Below, piece by piece: positions 16,060 to 25,935 of a stretch of 64,000 nt of DNA. Both the position numbers and the translations under genes were made by a program. The stretch covers positions 4,520 through 68,519 of the forward strand of contig CBFGNY010000003.1 of assembly GCA_965650235.1 (NCBI GenBank). Reading direction: 5' to 3'. Position 1 is the first letter of the stretch, and each line of letters starts with the position of its first letter. A model generated the notes under the pieces. It saw nothing but the letters and a program-made list of their open reading frames with translations. It did no database searches and was not told where the DNA came from. Origin of the DNA: an uncultured Flavobacterium sp. (GTDB taxonomy: Bacteria > Bacteroidota > Bacteroidia > Flavobacteriales > Flavobacteriaceae).

Positions 16060-18981
16060 TTAAAGTGAAGCCCTTATACCAAATATAATATTTCTTGTTT
16101 GTGGATATGTACCGTAATCGATACCCATTACTGTATTACTGTTGCCTCCAAAGTTAACCTCGGGATCGAAACCTGAATAATCAGTAATTGTGAAAAGGTT
16201 CTCTCCGGTTGCATATAATTTAAGTGCGCTTAGACCAATCCTGTCCAGGATATTTTTAGATAAATCATATCCAATTGTTAGTGCTTTAAGTCTTAAATAA
16301 GAACCGTTTTCTATATAATGTGAAGATATTCTTGAGTTATCAGTACTTCCATTTGTAGTTACTTTCGGTACATTGGTAATGTCCCCGGGAGCTTGCCAGC
16401 GATCAAGCACAGCTGTCGTCTGGTTTCTTGCATCAATCATACTCTCGGTATCAAAACGTGAAGCATTTAAGATGTCATTACCCTGAGTACCCTGAAAGAA
16501 AATATTTAGGCTGATATTTTTATAGCTTATGTTGTTTGTGAAGCCATAGATAAAATCGGGATTCGCATTTCCTATTATTCTTTTATCATTCTCAGTAGGA
16601 GCAAAAGTTGAACCTCCATCAGCGTCGATATAGTATACGTTACCGGTAGCGGGATCTACGCCGCCCCACTGATATCCAAAAAATCTGCCTAATGGCTGGC
16701 CTTCCTCTATAAGAACTGCATCACCTCTTGAAGCAACACCACCTGCATTGATTTCCTGGTTAACAAGGTTGGTAACCTCATTTCGGTTGAAAGAAATATT
16801 AAAGTCTGTACTCCATTTAATATTATCACGATCAAAGTTTACAGTTGTAAGTTGGAACTCTAAACCTTTGTTTACAAGTTCACCGGCATTTCTGGTAATA
16901 TCTGGAAATCCAGAAGTTCTTGGAAGCGGGACATTTAGCAACAGGTCATTACTTGTTTTTTTGTAAGCATCTGCACTAAAACGCACTCTGTTGTTGAAAA
17001 GAGCAATATCAATACCAATGTTAAGCTGCTCTGAAGCTTCCCATTTAAGGTCACTATTCTGAATAGAGGCAGGATAATTGCCCGGTAATATACCTCCGCC
17101 AATCGGATAATTTGATCCTGGCGTGATTCTTTGGTACCATGCATAATTACCTATGTTGTCGTTACCTGCAAGTCCCCATCCGGCTCTAAGCTTAAGTTCG
17201 TTGATAGATTCTATATTGCTAAAGAATTCTTCATTAGATATTCTCCATCCTGCAGAAACTGAAGGGAAATAACCCCATTTATTATTAGGGCCAAAAGCAC
17301 TTGAACCATCAGCCCTGAAGTTGGCCGTTAATAAGTATTTATCAGCAAAAGAGTAATTGACTCTCGAAATAAAGGAAGAGTTGTATTTTTCGTCTTTTCT
17401 TGCAGTTGCAGTTGCAATTGTTGCCCCTGCATTTGGTGTAGTTACACCATCCCCTGCAAATCCTCTTGTTTCAATATCGGCATTTTCCCATAATGATTTT
17501 TGATATACGGTACCCGCAAGTGCCTCAATCGAATGTCTGCCTGTTGTAAGCTTATAGTTTAATGTATTTTCATACATCTGGTAATTGTAGCGACTTGTAT
17601 TGTAACGGCTGATACCTTTCATGGCTCTCCCGTAGCTTGTTTTGTACGGATCAAGGAAATAATCATAAGCAGTATTGTTATGGTCAACATTAAGAGCTGT
17701 TCTGAAAGTAAGTCCCTTAAGAAGTTTAAATTCAGCATAAATATTACCAAAAACGCGTTGATTTCTATATTGTCTTTGCGCCCCGTCAGTATTAGAATAC
17801 GGATTTTCCCAATTTTGGAAAGGGTTGCTTGTAAAGGTTCCATCCTCATTATAGATGCCAATATTTTGAGGTGTATTTAGAACCCCAAGTATTACACCTC
17901 CGCTTCCAACTCCTGAATTATCGGTAACATCAACGTCGGTATAGTCAACATAATTAAAGTTTGTTCCAATTTTCAGCCAATTAGTAACTTCCTGTGAAAA
18001 ATTGACTTTAAATGTCTTTCTGTCCATTTCAGAACTTCTCACAGCACCTTCCTGACTTACAGCACCACCAGATATATAATAAGATGTTTTGTTGCTTTTT
18101 CCTGAAAGTGAAACTTGGTGGCTATTAGAGAATCCTGTTCTGAATATTTCATCCTGCCAGTTTGTATTGTTATTGTAAAGATTCCAGTCAGTATTCAGGC
18201 CTCTGTCTTCCTGAAGGTCTCGGTACTGATCCCTGTCAAGTACATCGATTTTTTTCCAAACAGTCTGGAAGCCTACATAAGTTTCATAAGTAAGGAGCGG
18301 TTTGTCCGTTTTTCCTTGTTTTGTAGTTATGATAACAACTCCATTACTACCCTGAGAACCATAAATTGCAGCAGAAGAAGCATCTTTAAGAATGGACATA
18401 TTCTCGATATCTGCAGGGTTTAAAGCCCGTGTATCCGATGTTATTACTCCATCAATAACATAAATAGGATCGCTGCCTGCAGAGATTGAAGATGTACCGC
18501 GTATTCTTACGCTAAATCCTCCGTTTGGCTTTCCGCTGTTTGAGGTTACCTGTACACCCGCAGTCTGTCCCTGTAAAAGACTTGAAACCTGGCTGTTGGA
18601 GCGGTTTTGAAATTTCTTGCCATCTACAACTGCTACAGCACCTGTAATGTTTTGTTTTTTCTGGGCTCCATAACCTACTACTACAATTTCCTGGAGCATC
18701 TGTGCGTCTTCTTTAAGGCTTACTTTCATATTTGATGAAGCCATTACCTCCTGAGAGGCATAACCTAAGAAGGAAAAAACCAGGATATCACCAGGTTTTG
18801 CATTAATGGTAAAATCACCATCAAAGCCGGTAGATGCACTGGTCATAGAACCCTTTAAGAGGACATTTACTCCCGGCAGGTTCATGCCTGTGCCTGCGTC
18901 GCTGACATTTCCTTTTACCTGGGCAAAAGCAGCTGCTGTAAAGCACAGTAACATTAAATTTAAATAATTTTTAAATCGCAT
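16060..18981 (-). CDS. susC: SusC/RagA family TonB-dependent transporter
   Basis: EIVVVGYG, LQGQTAGV, PIYVIDG, LKDASSAAIYGSQGSNGVVIITTK, and C-terminal DYGTYPQTRNIIFGIRASL. Confidence 0.95.
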   Translation of the reverse strand: MRFKNYLNLMLLCFTAAAFAQVKGNVSDAGTGMNLPGVNVLLKGSMTSASTGFDGDFTINAKPGDILVFSFLGYASQEVMASSNMKVSLKEDAQMLQEIVVVGYGAQKKQNITGAVAVVDGKKFQNRSNSQVSSLLQGQTAGVQVTSNSGKPNGGFSVRIRGTSSISAGSDPIYVIDGVITSDTRALNPADIENMSILKDASSAAIYGSQGSNGVVIITTKQGKTDKPLLTYETYVGFQTVWKKIDVLDRDQYRDLQEDRGLNTDWNLYNNNTNWQDEIFRTGFSNSHQVSLSGKSNKTSYYISGGAVSQEGAVRSSEMDRKTFKVNFSQEVTNWLKIGTNFNYVDYTDVDVTDNSGVGSGGVILGVLNTPQNIGIYNEDGTFTSNPFQNWENPYSNTDGAQRQYRNQRVFGNIYAEFKLLKGLTFRTALNVDHNNTAYDYFLDPYKTSYGRAMKGISRYNTSRYNYQMYENTLNYKLTTGRHSIEALAGTVYQKSLWENADIETRGFAGDGVTTPNAGATIATATARKDEKYNSSFISRVNYSFADKYLLTANFRADGSSAFGPNNKWGYFPSVSAGWRISNEEFFSNIESINELKLRAGWGLAGNDNIGNYAWYQRITPGSNYPIGGGILPGNYPASIQNSDLKWEASEQLNIGIDIALFNNRVRFSADAYKKTSNDLLLNVPLPRTSGFPDITRNAGELVNKGLEFQLTTVNFDRDNIKWSTDFNISFNRNEVTNLVNQEINAGGVASRGDAVLIEEGQPLGRFFGYQWGGVDPATGNVYYIDADGGSTFAPTENDKRIIGNANPDFIYGFTNNISYKNISLNIFFQGTQGNDILNASRFDTESMIDARNQTTAVLDRWQAPGDITNVPKVTTNGSTDNSRISSHYIENGSYLRLKALTIGYDLSKNILDRIGLSALKLYATGENLFTITDYSGFDPEVNFGGNSNTVMGIDYGTYPQTRNIIFGIRASL

Positions 18982-19369
18982 AAGAATGTTGAATTAAGGT
19001 TAGATCGATAGTTTAAATATTGAAAACCATACTGTTTGATCAATTTTGCTTTACTGTTTAAAGATACTTTTGTATGAGAAAATTGAAAAAACGAAAATCG
19101 TTTTCGGTTCAAATTTTGATTTTGCCAAATTATTATTATGAAATTTAACAATTAAAAAACATCATACACTTTGCATACTCCTATGTAAAAAACGTACTCT
19201 CATATAATTACTTTTTTTTTATAATAAATTGTTCTATAACTAGATATGATTTAAAAAAATGAGTAGTTTTGTTCAATAGTAACCGTGTGAAAATAGTTTA
19301 TTTAACAAAATTTAATCGTTTTCACTCCCTTTTAATTAAGATCTCTTTAATAAAGATTTAACAATCAGC

Positions 19370-22288
19370 ATGAAAAAAAGCTTTATCTATATTTTCTCAC
19401 TACTTTTTTTGCATAATTACTTGTTGGCTCAAACTTTACAGCCAAATTATTTAAAGCTTTCAGGAAAACTGACCCAATATAGTCGAAATGATTTCAATGC
19501 GGATGCTCAATTTTGGGCAGTATGCATAGCCAAAGACGGCACTGTTTTTTTTGGGAATAATGATGGGATACTTATATTTGACGGGGAACACTGGCAAAAG
19601 CTGGCTTTCCTAAATAATTCATCAGTAAGAAGTCTTGAAATTGATTCTAAAGGGATAATCTATGCTGGCGGATATAACGAGATAGGTACACTTCAGAAAA
19701 ACAAGAACGGACGCTACTTCTATAAATCCCTTATCGAAGATTTAGAGCTGCAAGACAAAAATTTAGAAAATATCTGGGATATAAAAGCTATCGGTTCCAG
19801 AGTGTTTTGTCGCTCTTTTAATGAACTTATAATAATTGCAAATAAAACTTCCACACGCATTCCGGCAAATACATCGTTTATTTATTCAAATCTTATAGGC
19901 GAAGATTATTATTTTCAGGATTCTAATTATGGATTGCTTAAGATGGGGCCACAAGACAAAGAACCTCTTCTAGCTTTTGCACGGGAACAATATAATAACG
20001 AGGAAATTGTCTCTATTTTACCAGGTAATTCGCGTGGTTCGATAATGATCATTACAAAGCACGGTAGTATTTATCAAGGTAGTACCGGATCGGGTAAGCT
20101 TCAGCTGCTTAACAATATTTTCAGCAAACGCCAGCATGATTATGTTTCTTCAGTAATAAAATATCCCAATGGACATCTCTTTATTGGTACACTGAGTTCC
20201 AAAATTATCACAACCAACAGCAGAGGTGAAGTCATAGACAGCCCCGCGCTTTTTCAAAATCTTCAGCAGGCAGTTATACACAGGCTGCACCTGGCAGATG
20301 ACGGCAATATTTGGGTGCTGCAAAATAATGGTATTACTTATGTCGATTTTATGTCGCCCTATACGTATCTCTTCAACAAGGCGTCTGTTTACGATGCACT
20401 TGTTTTTAAAAATCAAATTCATATTACAACGAATCAGGGAGTTTATTATTCCTACTTTGACAACAAAAATTTGTTGTCAGGATATGATTTTAAAAGGGTG
20501 CCCAACTTGCATGGACAGGCATGGTCGATACGTCAGTTGGAGGGAGACATAATTGTCAGTCATGACAGCGGGCTCTTCAGGATCGAGAAGGGTAATGCTG
20601 TAAAAATAGGAGACGTTACCGGTTTTTGGAAAGTAACCCCCATAAAAAACCGGCCTCATTTTTATCTGGCTTCCCATTACAACGGGCTGTACCTGCTTGA
20701 GAAAAAAGGAGGACGATGGATTCTGCACGAAAAGCTGACTGGCTTTGATGAATCTGCGAGGGATATTATGCCTGCTGACGATCCCTACAGTTATTGGGTT
20801 TGCCACGGATATAAGGGAGTATTCAGGATACGTATTAACCCTTCTTACACACGTGTGAGTTCGGTTGATCATTACACTAATAAAAACGGGCTTCAATCTT
20901 CTTTCAATGTAAATGTGACTCGTTGGAATAATGAGATTGTTTTTACCACTAATACAGGTGTTTACCGTTTTGACCAAACAAAGAATAGGTTTGTTGCCCA
21001 TGCCAAGCTGAATTCAATTCTGGATCCAATGAAAAATACACGTAAACTCATCCAGTCTGGAGACAAAACGTGGTTTGTGCAGGATGATGAGGCTGGATAC
21101 TTTTATACTGGCACGAAAAAACCCGAATTGCATAAAGACCTTTTTCTGAACCTTAAGGGAAGTTTTAATCGGGGCATGGAAAGTATTACCAACCTTTCTG
21201 GCAATCATGTGCTCTTTGGTACAACCAATGGGTTATTTTTATACACCATTGCAACTCCAGGCTCAAGTGCCGGGGTAAATACAACAATAACGCAAATATT
21301 ATACTCTCAGGATCAGGTAATGAGCCTTCTTCCGCTTGACAACAAAAAAAACGACCCTGAAGTGCTGCCCAATCAGACTGATATACTTCGTTTTGAGTTC
21401 GCTGTTCCAAAAATGACACACGGCACAGAAGTACAATACAGTTATATGTTAGAAAATGTAGACAATTACTGGTCTCCATGGCAAAAGATACCTTATAAGG
21501 AATATACCCATTTAAGACCCGGAAGCTATACTTTTAAAGTACGCAGCCAAAACACGACTGGACTTAAAGGTCATGAAGCTTCCTATCATTTTATCATCCT
21601 GCCCAAATGGTATCAGACTAATGTTGCATACATATTATACGTCATCATGGCCATATTGCTTATTATGATGATGGTAAGATTTGTTAAGCGAAGAACTGAA
21701 ATTAAGCATCAGAAAGCAAAAACTGAGGCCTTAAAGGCTAAAAAACTTCTGGAACTTGAGTTGGAGCAGCTAAGATTGCTGCGGGATAAAGAACAGATAA
21801 ACAAAGACCGCACAATACTGCAGGAAGAAGTGCTTAACAACAGCAAGGAACTGGCCAACTATACAATGCTCCTCATCAAGAAAAAAGATATCTTTAATGA
21901 GTTAACTACTGACCTAAAAGAACTCAAGGATTATGTTAAAAATGACGATTCAAGGAAGAAGATTCTGCAAATCTTTCAAAAACTTAACAGTCATAAAATT
22001 GGGGAGGAATACCTTGAGGTTTTTGACGTGAATTTCGAAAAGGTGCACCACAACTTCTTTGAGGAACTCAAAAAACTTAACCCAACCCTTACCAAAAGAG
22101 AGCTTAGACTCTGTGCGTTTGTAAAGATGAATCTTGCCAACAAAGAGATATCTCCTTTGCTTAATATTTCGCTTCGAGGAGTAGAGAATGCTCGTTACCG
22201 CATCAGGAAGAAGCTCGAAGTTGCCCATGAAGATAACTTTGTCATTTTTTTGGAAAACATAGCCAAAGAAGCAGATACGTTATCATAA
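19370..22288 (+). CDS. Membrane-spanning one-component regulator (beta-propeller sensor, Y_Y_Y domain, TM helix, LuxR-type HTH)
   Basis: Signal peptide, repeated propeller blades, YSYMLEN...YTHLRPGSYTFKVRS, hydrophobic VAYILYVIMAILLIMMMV, and C-terminal LTKRELRLCAFVKMNLANKEISPLLNISLRGVENARYRIRKKL. Divergent from susC. Confidence 0.88.
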   Translation: MKKSFIYIFSLLFLHNYLLAQTLQPNYLKLSGKLTQYSRNDFNADAQFWAVCIAKDGTVFFGNNDGILIFDGEHWQKLAFLNNSSVRSLEIDSKGIIYAGGYNEIGTLQKNKNGRYFYKSLIEDLELQDKNLENIWDIKAIGSRVFCRSFNELIIIANKTSTRIPANTSFIYSNLIGEDYYFQDSNYGLLKMGPQDKEPLLAFAREQYNNEEIVSILPGNSRGSIMIITKHGSIYQGSTGSGKLQLLNNIFSKRQHDYVSSVIKYPNGHLFIGTLSSKIITTNSRGEVIDSPALFQNLQQAVIHRLHLADDGNIWVLQNNGITYVDFMSPYTYLFNKASVYDALVFKNQIHITTNQGVYYSYFDNKNLLSGYDFKRVPNLHGQAWSIRQLEGDIIVSHDSGLFRIEKGNAVKIGDVTGFWKVTPIKNRPHFYLASHYNGLYLLEKKGGRWILHEKLTGFDESARDIMPADDPYSYWVCHGYKGVFRIRINPSYTRVSSVDHYTNKNGLQSSFNVNVTRWNNEIVFTTNTGVYRFDQTKNRFVAHAKLNSILDPMKNTRKLIQSGDKTWFVQDDEAGYFYTGTKKPELHKDLFLNLKGSFNRGMESITNLSGNHVLFGTTNGLFLYTIATPGSSAGVNTTITQILYSQDQVMSLLPLDNKKNDPEVLPNQTDILRFEFAVPKMTHGTEVQYSYMLENVDNYWSPWQKIPYKEYTHLRPGSYTFKVRSQNTTGLKGHEASYHFIILPKWYQTNVAYILYVIMAILLIMMMVRFVKRRTEIKHQKAKTEALKAKKLLELELEQLRLLRDKEQINKDRTILQEEVLNNSKELANYTMLLIKKKDIFNELTTDLKELKDYVKNDDSRKKILQIFQKLNSHKIGEEYLEVFDVNFEKVHHNFFEELKKLNPTLTKRELRLCAFVKMNLANKEISPLLNISLRGVENARYRIRKKLEVAHEDNFVIFLENIAKEADTLS

Positions 22289-22356
22289 CTAAGAAATGAC
22301 TGTTTCTCGTCTTAGTTAGGACCGGAAGATGTATGTGAGGTTTCAATAGCATTTTT

Positions 22357-23133
22357 TTAATCCTGCAACGACACTTTAGCTTTAGGTAAAATACGCTCCA
22401 CAAACAACATATAAGCAGATTCAGAAGGATGTAAGCCATCAGGAGCGACTAAATTAGGATTGCTGAGTCCTTGTTTGGTAATATCAGTAATGCCAACAAA
22501 AACGATGTCATTTACTTTGCAGTAATTCTCGGCAAAGGCATTGTATTGGTTTATTTCAGTGGATATTTTTGCCCTTTGGGTTTCACTTAAGTTTTTTGCA
22601 AAAGAAGTGTATGCATAATCAGGAATAGAAACTACAATAACATTTTTTTTATCGCCTTTGGCCAGCGAAATTGCTTTTGTTGTTAACTCAGGAAACTCTT
22701 TTTCATACAGCGAAAAATCCCTGCCTTGATATTGGTTGTTGACGCCAATTAATAAAGTTACCAAATCATAATTTGATTCGGGTTTTTGGGAATTTATTGC
22801 TGAAATTAAATTTGTTGTTGTCCAGCCTGTTGTAGCAATTACTTTTAATGAAAAGTTGGTTTGCGTATAAAAATTTTTTAAACTCGTTTTAAGCTGTTCA
22901 GGAAATCTGCAGGTTTCGCATACACTTTGCCCAATAGTATAACTGTCGCCTAATGCTAAATAATTTATCGATTTAGCAATTGGTCCGGTTGGAACTTCCG
23001 GATTCGGAACTGTTGTTGGAGGAATAACTGGCTCAGGTGTAACTGCCATTTCTGAAGGTGTTTCTTCAGTACTGCAGCTCAAAAGCAATATTGAAACTAA
23101 AACGATAACTATTTGTTTGAACTGTGGTTTCAT
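22357..23133 (-). CDS. SGNH/GDSL hydrolase lipoprotein
   Basis: Lipobox LLSC, Pro-rich linker, LALGDSYTIG, IGVNNQY and DGLHPS blocks. Confidence 0.92.
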   Translation of the reverse strand: MKPQFKQIVIVLVSILLLSCSTEETPSEMAVTPEPVIPPTTVPNPEVPTGPIAKSINYLALGDSYTIGQSVCETCRFPEQLKTSLKNFYTQTNFSLKVIATTGWTTTNLISAINSQKPESNYDLVTLLIGVNNQYQGRDFSLYEKEFPELTTKAISLAKGDKKNVIVVSIPDYAYTSFAKNLSETQRAKISTEINQYNAFAENYCKVNDIVFVGITDITKQGLSNPNLVAPDGLHPSESAYMLFVERILPKAKVSLQD

Positions 23134-23200
23134 AATTTGAATAAATTAGATTTTGCATCATTTCTAAACAAATAGTTACGTTAAAAAAGTAATTATGGTT

Positions 23201-23983
23201 TTAAACCATTTCGGCTTTCATCGCAATTTCTTCTTCAATGGCATTCCAAAGACCTATACGTTTTTCTAAGGCAAGAATCGAAATTTCTTCAACATCTGAC
23301 CATTTTTGAGCATCGTCTTCGCATAAATCCGTAATCATTTGCATCGCCATTGGTCCGTGCTCATCTGCATCAAGTTCAATATGTCTTTCAAAATAATACA
23401 GCAATTTGCTTAAATCAGTTTCAGGTAGGTTTTTTTGAAAGTTTTTCAGGATTTCAGTAAACATATCCGGAATTAAATCTTCTCTTCCAAAGGTAAACGC
23501 AGCAGCAATCTCATGTGGTTTCCCTTGTTCAATAACTCGAAAGGTGAAATCCAAAAATGATTTAATATCCGAATGCAATGAACTTTGTTTTATGGCAACA
23601 AAAATATTATGCAGCGAATTTACTTCAGATAAAAATTTGTTGATTCCTGTGGTATCTGCACCACAATCTTCCATTGCCTCCAGATACATTTCGTAATGAC
23701 TTTGTCTTCTTCCGTCAATAGTCAGATCCGTTTCTTCGGCAAGAACAATTTCGTTGATTAAATATCTGGTTTCAGGATTTTTTGTTGGAAACCAAGGTGT
23801 AGTGGTACAGGTAAGCTTAGCCTGCAAAGCCTTCAATAATGACATAAAATCCCAGACAGCAAAAACATGACTTTCTAAAAAACGGTGTAAGTCATCAATG
23901 CTTTGAATTTTATTGTACAAAGAATGTTGCAAAAGCACATCCTTTTGAGGCTGAATGCGATTGTTGATGGTTTCAATATTCAT
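23201..23983 (-). CDS. DUF3050 family protein (heme-oxygenase-like fold)
   Basis: HVFAVWDFMSLLKALQ, SHYEMYLEAM and ERHIELDADEHGP motifs. Confidence 0.85.
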   Translation of the reverse strand: MNIETINNRIQPQKDVLLQHSLYNKIQSIDDLHRFLESHVFAVWDFMSLLKALQAKLTCTTTPWFPTKNPETRYLINEIVLAEETDLTIDGRRQSHYEMYLEAMEDCGADTTGINKFLSEVNSLHNIFVAIKQSSLHSDIKSFLDFTFRVIEQGKPHEIAAAFTFGREDLIPDMFTEILKNFQKNLPETDLSKLLYYFERHIELDADEHGPMAMQMITDLCEDDAQKWSDVEEISILALEKRIGLWNAIEEEIAMKAEMV

Positions 23984-24008
23984 AAAGGTGGTATTTTTGG
24001 TAAATATA

Positions 24009-24038
24009 AAAAAGCTTCCCGATTAGAAGAAGCTTTTT
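24009..24038 (-). terminator. Terminator of the acyl-CoA dehydrogenase gene
   Basis: aaaaagcttc...gaagcttttt inverted repeat just past the stop codon. Confidence 0.65.
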
Positions 24039-24072
24039 GTATTGATTTTCAATATATTTTGATAGAGCGTTA

Positions 24073-25251
24073 TTATTTGAATGCTGAAATTCCGGTGACA
24101 TCCATTCCGGTTATCAATAAGTGAATATCGTGAGTGCCTTCATAAGTGATCACACTTTCAAGGTTCATCATATGTCGCATGATAGAATATTCACCTGTAA
24201 TTCCCATTCCGCCTAACATTTGTCGGGCTTCTCGTGCGATGTGAATAGCCATGTCAACATTATTACGTTTTGCCATAGAGATTTTTGCAGTTGTTGCTTT
24301 TCCTTCGTTTCTTAAAACGCCCAAACGCCAGGTCAATAATTGTGCTTTCGTTATTTCGGTAATCATTTCGGCTAATTTCTTTTGCTGCAACTGAGTTCCT
24401 CCAATAGGTTTACCAAACTGAATTCTTTCTTTAGCATATCGTAAAGCCGTATCGTAACAATCCATTGCAGCACCAATGGCTCCCCAGGCAATTCCGTAAC
24501 GAGCCGAGTCCAAACAGCCAAGCGGTGCGCCCAATCCGGATTTATTTGGTAACAGATTTTCTTTAGGAACTTTTACATTGTCAAAAATTAATTCACCTGT
24601 TGATGATGCACGAAGCGACCATTTATTATGTGTTTCCGGAGTTGTAAAACCCTCCATACCGCGTTCTACAATTAATCCGTGAATTCTTCCTGATTCATCT
24701 TTGGCCCAAACTATAGCAATATCTGCAAATGGGGCGTTTGAAATCCACATTTTGGCACCATTCAAAAGATAATGATCTCCCATATCTTTAAAATTGGTAA
24801 TCATGCTGCCCGGATCAGAGCCGTGGTCAGGTTCAGTTAATCCAAAACAGCCCATAAATTCTCCTGTAGCCAATTTTGGCAGATATTTCATTCTTTGTTC
24901 TTCGTTCCCGTATTTCCAAATAGGATACATGACTAAAGATGATTGTACAGATGAGGTAGATCTAACACCGGAATCTCCACGCTCAATTTCCTGCATGATC
25001 AGACCGTATGAAATTTGGTCTAATCCTGCTCCGCCATATTCTACAGGAATATAAGGGCCGAAACCGCCAATTTCTCCAAGACCTTTTATGATTTGCTTTG
25101 GAAATTCGGCCTTTTGAGCATATTCTTCAATGATAGGAGAAACTTCTCTTTTTACCCACGCACGTGCCGATTCACGAACCAATTTGTGTTCTTCTGTCAA
25201 CAAATCGTCTAAATTGTAATAATCTGGAGCTTGAAATAGGTCTGGTTTCAT
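24073..25251 (-). CDS. gcdH: Acyl-CoA dehydrogenase, glutaryl-CoA dehydrogenase type
   Basis: GCFGLTEPDHGSDP, LNGAKMWISN, RIQFGKPIG, MLGGMGITGEY and ITYEGTHDIH. Confidence 0.85.
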   Translation of the reverse strand: MKPDLFQAPDYYNLDDLLTEEHKLVRESARAWVKREVSPIIEEYAQKAEFPKQIIKGLGEIGGFGPYIPVEYGGAGLDQISYGLIMQEIERGDSGVRSTSSVQSSLVMYPIWKYGNEEQRMKYLPKLATGEFMGCFGLTEPDHGSDPGSMITNFKDMGDHYLLNGAKMWISNAPFADIAIVWAKDESGRIHGLIVERGMEGFTTPETHNKWSLRASSTGELIFDNVKVPKENLLPNKSGLGAPLGCLDSARYGIAWGAIGAAMDCYDTALRYAKERIQFGKPIGGTQLQQKKLAEMITEITKAQLLTWRLGVLRNEGKATTAKISMAKRNNVDMAIHIAREARQMLGGMGITGEYSIMRHMMNLESVITYEGTHDIHLLITGMDVTGISAFK

Positions 25252-25390
25252 TTTAAGTCGTTTTACAAAACAAATTTACGCAATAAAAATATAACAAAAC
25301 AAAGTAATTTTGTTATATTTTTATAATGGTTTATTCAGAAATAAGGGGTTTAATTTTGCTTATTTATAGTTAAAATTATTGCTTTTGGTT

Positions 25391-25529
25391 AGAACCTGTT
25401 TAAAATTCAGAGATAAAATTTTATAGCTTAAATTCAATTTGTGTTTTGACTGTTTAACTAGTTTTTTTGAGAGGGTTTTAAATCCAAAAAAATTACCTGT
25501 CAAATCAAATTTAAAACTTTAAGAGTCTT
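25391..25529. mobile_element. Degenerate MITE-like element, copy 1
   Basis: Begins agaacctgtttaaaatt, shares internal tttgactgttt and ctgtcaaatcaaatttaaaa blocks with copy 2; the right end is decayed. Confidence 0.5.
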
Positions 25530-25710
25530 ATAGAAGTTAAAAAAGGCATTCAAAAATTAAAATTTGTAAGAATTAATTACCCATAGAGTATTTTCCTGGT
25601 TATTTTTTCTATTTAGTGAGTACAAACTTATGAAGTTGTCCTCTAATTAATATAGAGAGTCAAAACTTAATAATCTATGGATGTCTTTATTGAAATAAAC
25701 TTAAGATCTA

Positions 25711-25837
25711 AGAGCCTGTTTAAAATTTAGAAATAAAATTAATTTGTTTTTTTGACTGTTTTTACTAGGATTTTAAGGATTTGGAATTCAAAAAAAACAT
25801 CTGTCAAAATCAAATTTAAAAATTTTAAACAGGCTTT
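25711..25837. mobile_element. MITE-like element with 18-bp terminal inverted repeats, copy 2
   Basis: Left agagcctgtttaaaattt, right aaattttaaacaggcttt (17/18 match to the reverse complement), 127 bp, non-coding. Confidence 0.7.
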
Positions 25838-25935
25838 ATATTTACAAAATATTCTCATTATTTAATAGTAAATACTATTGTGCCAAATATTGAGATAAGA
25901 ATTATAAAAACTATTATTAATTAAATTTAAAGCCA

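Noticed and set aside
20150-21479. Several antisense ORFs (up to 174 aa) inside the regulator gene, and similar ones inside other long genes
   Set aside because: They are fully nested opposite well-supported genes and have no motifs; treated as shadow ORFs.
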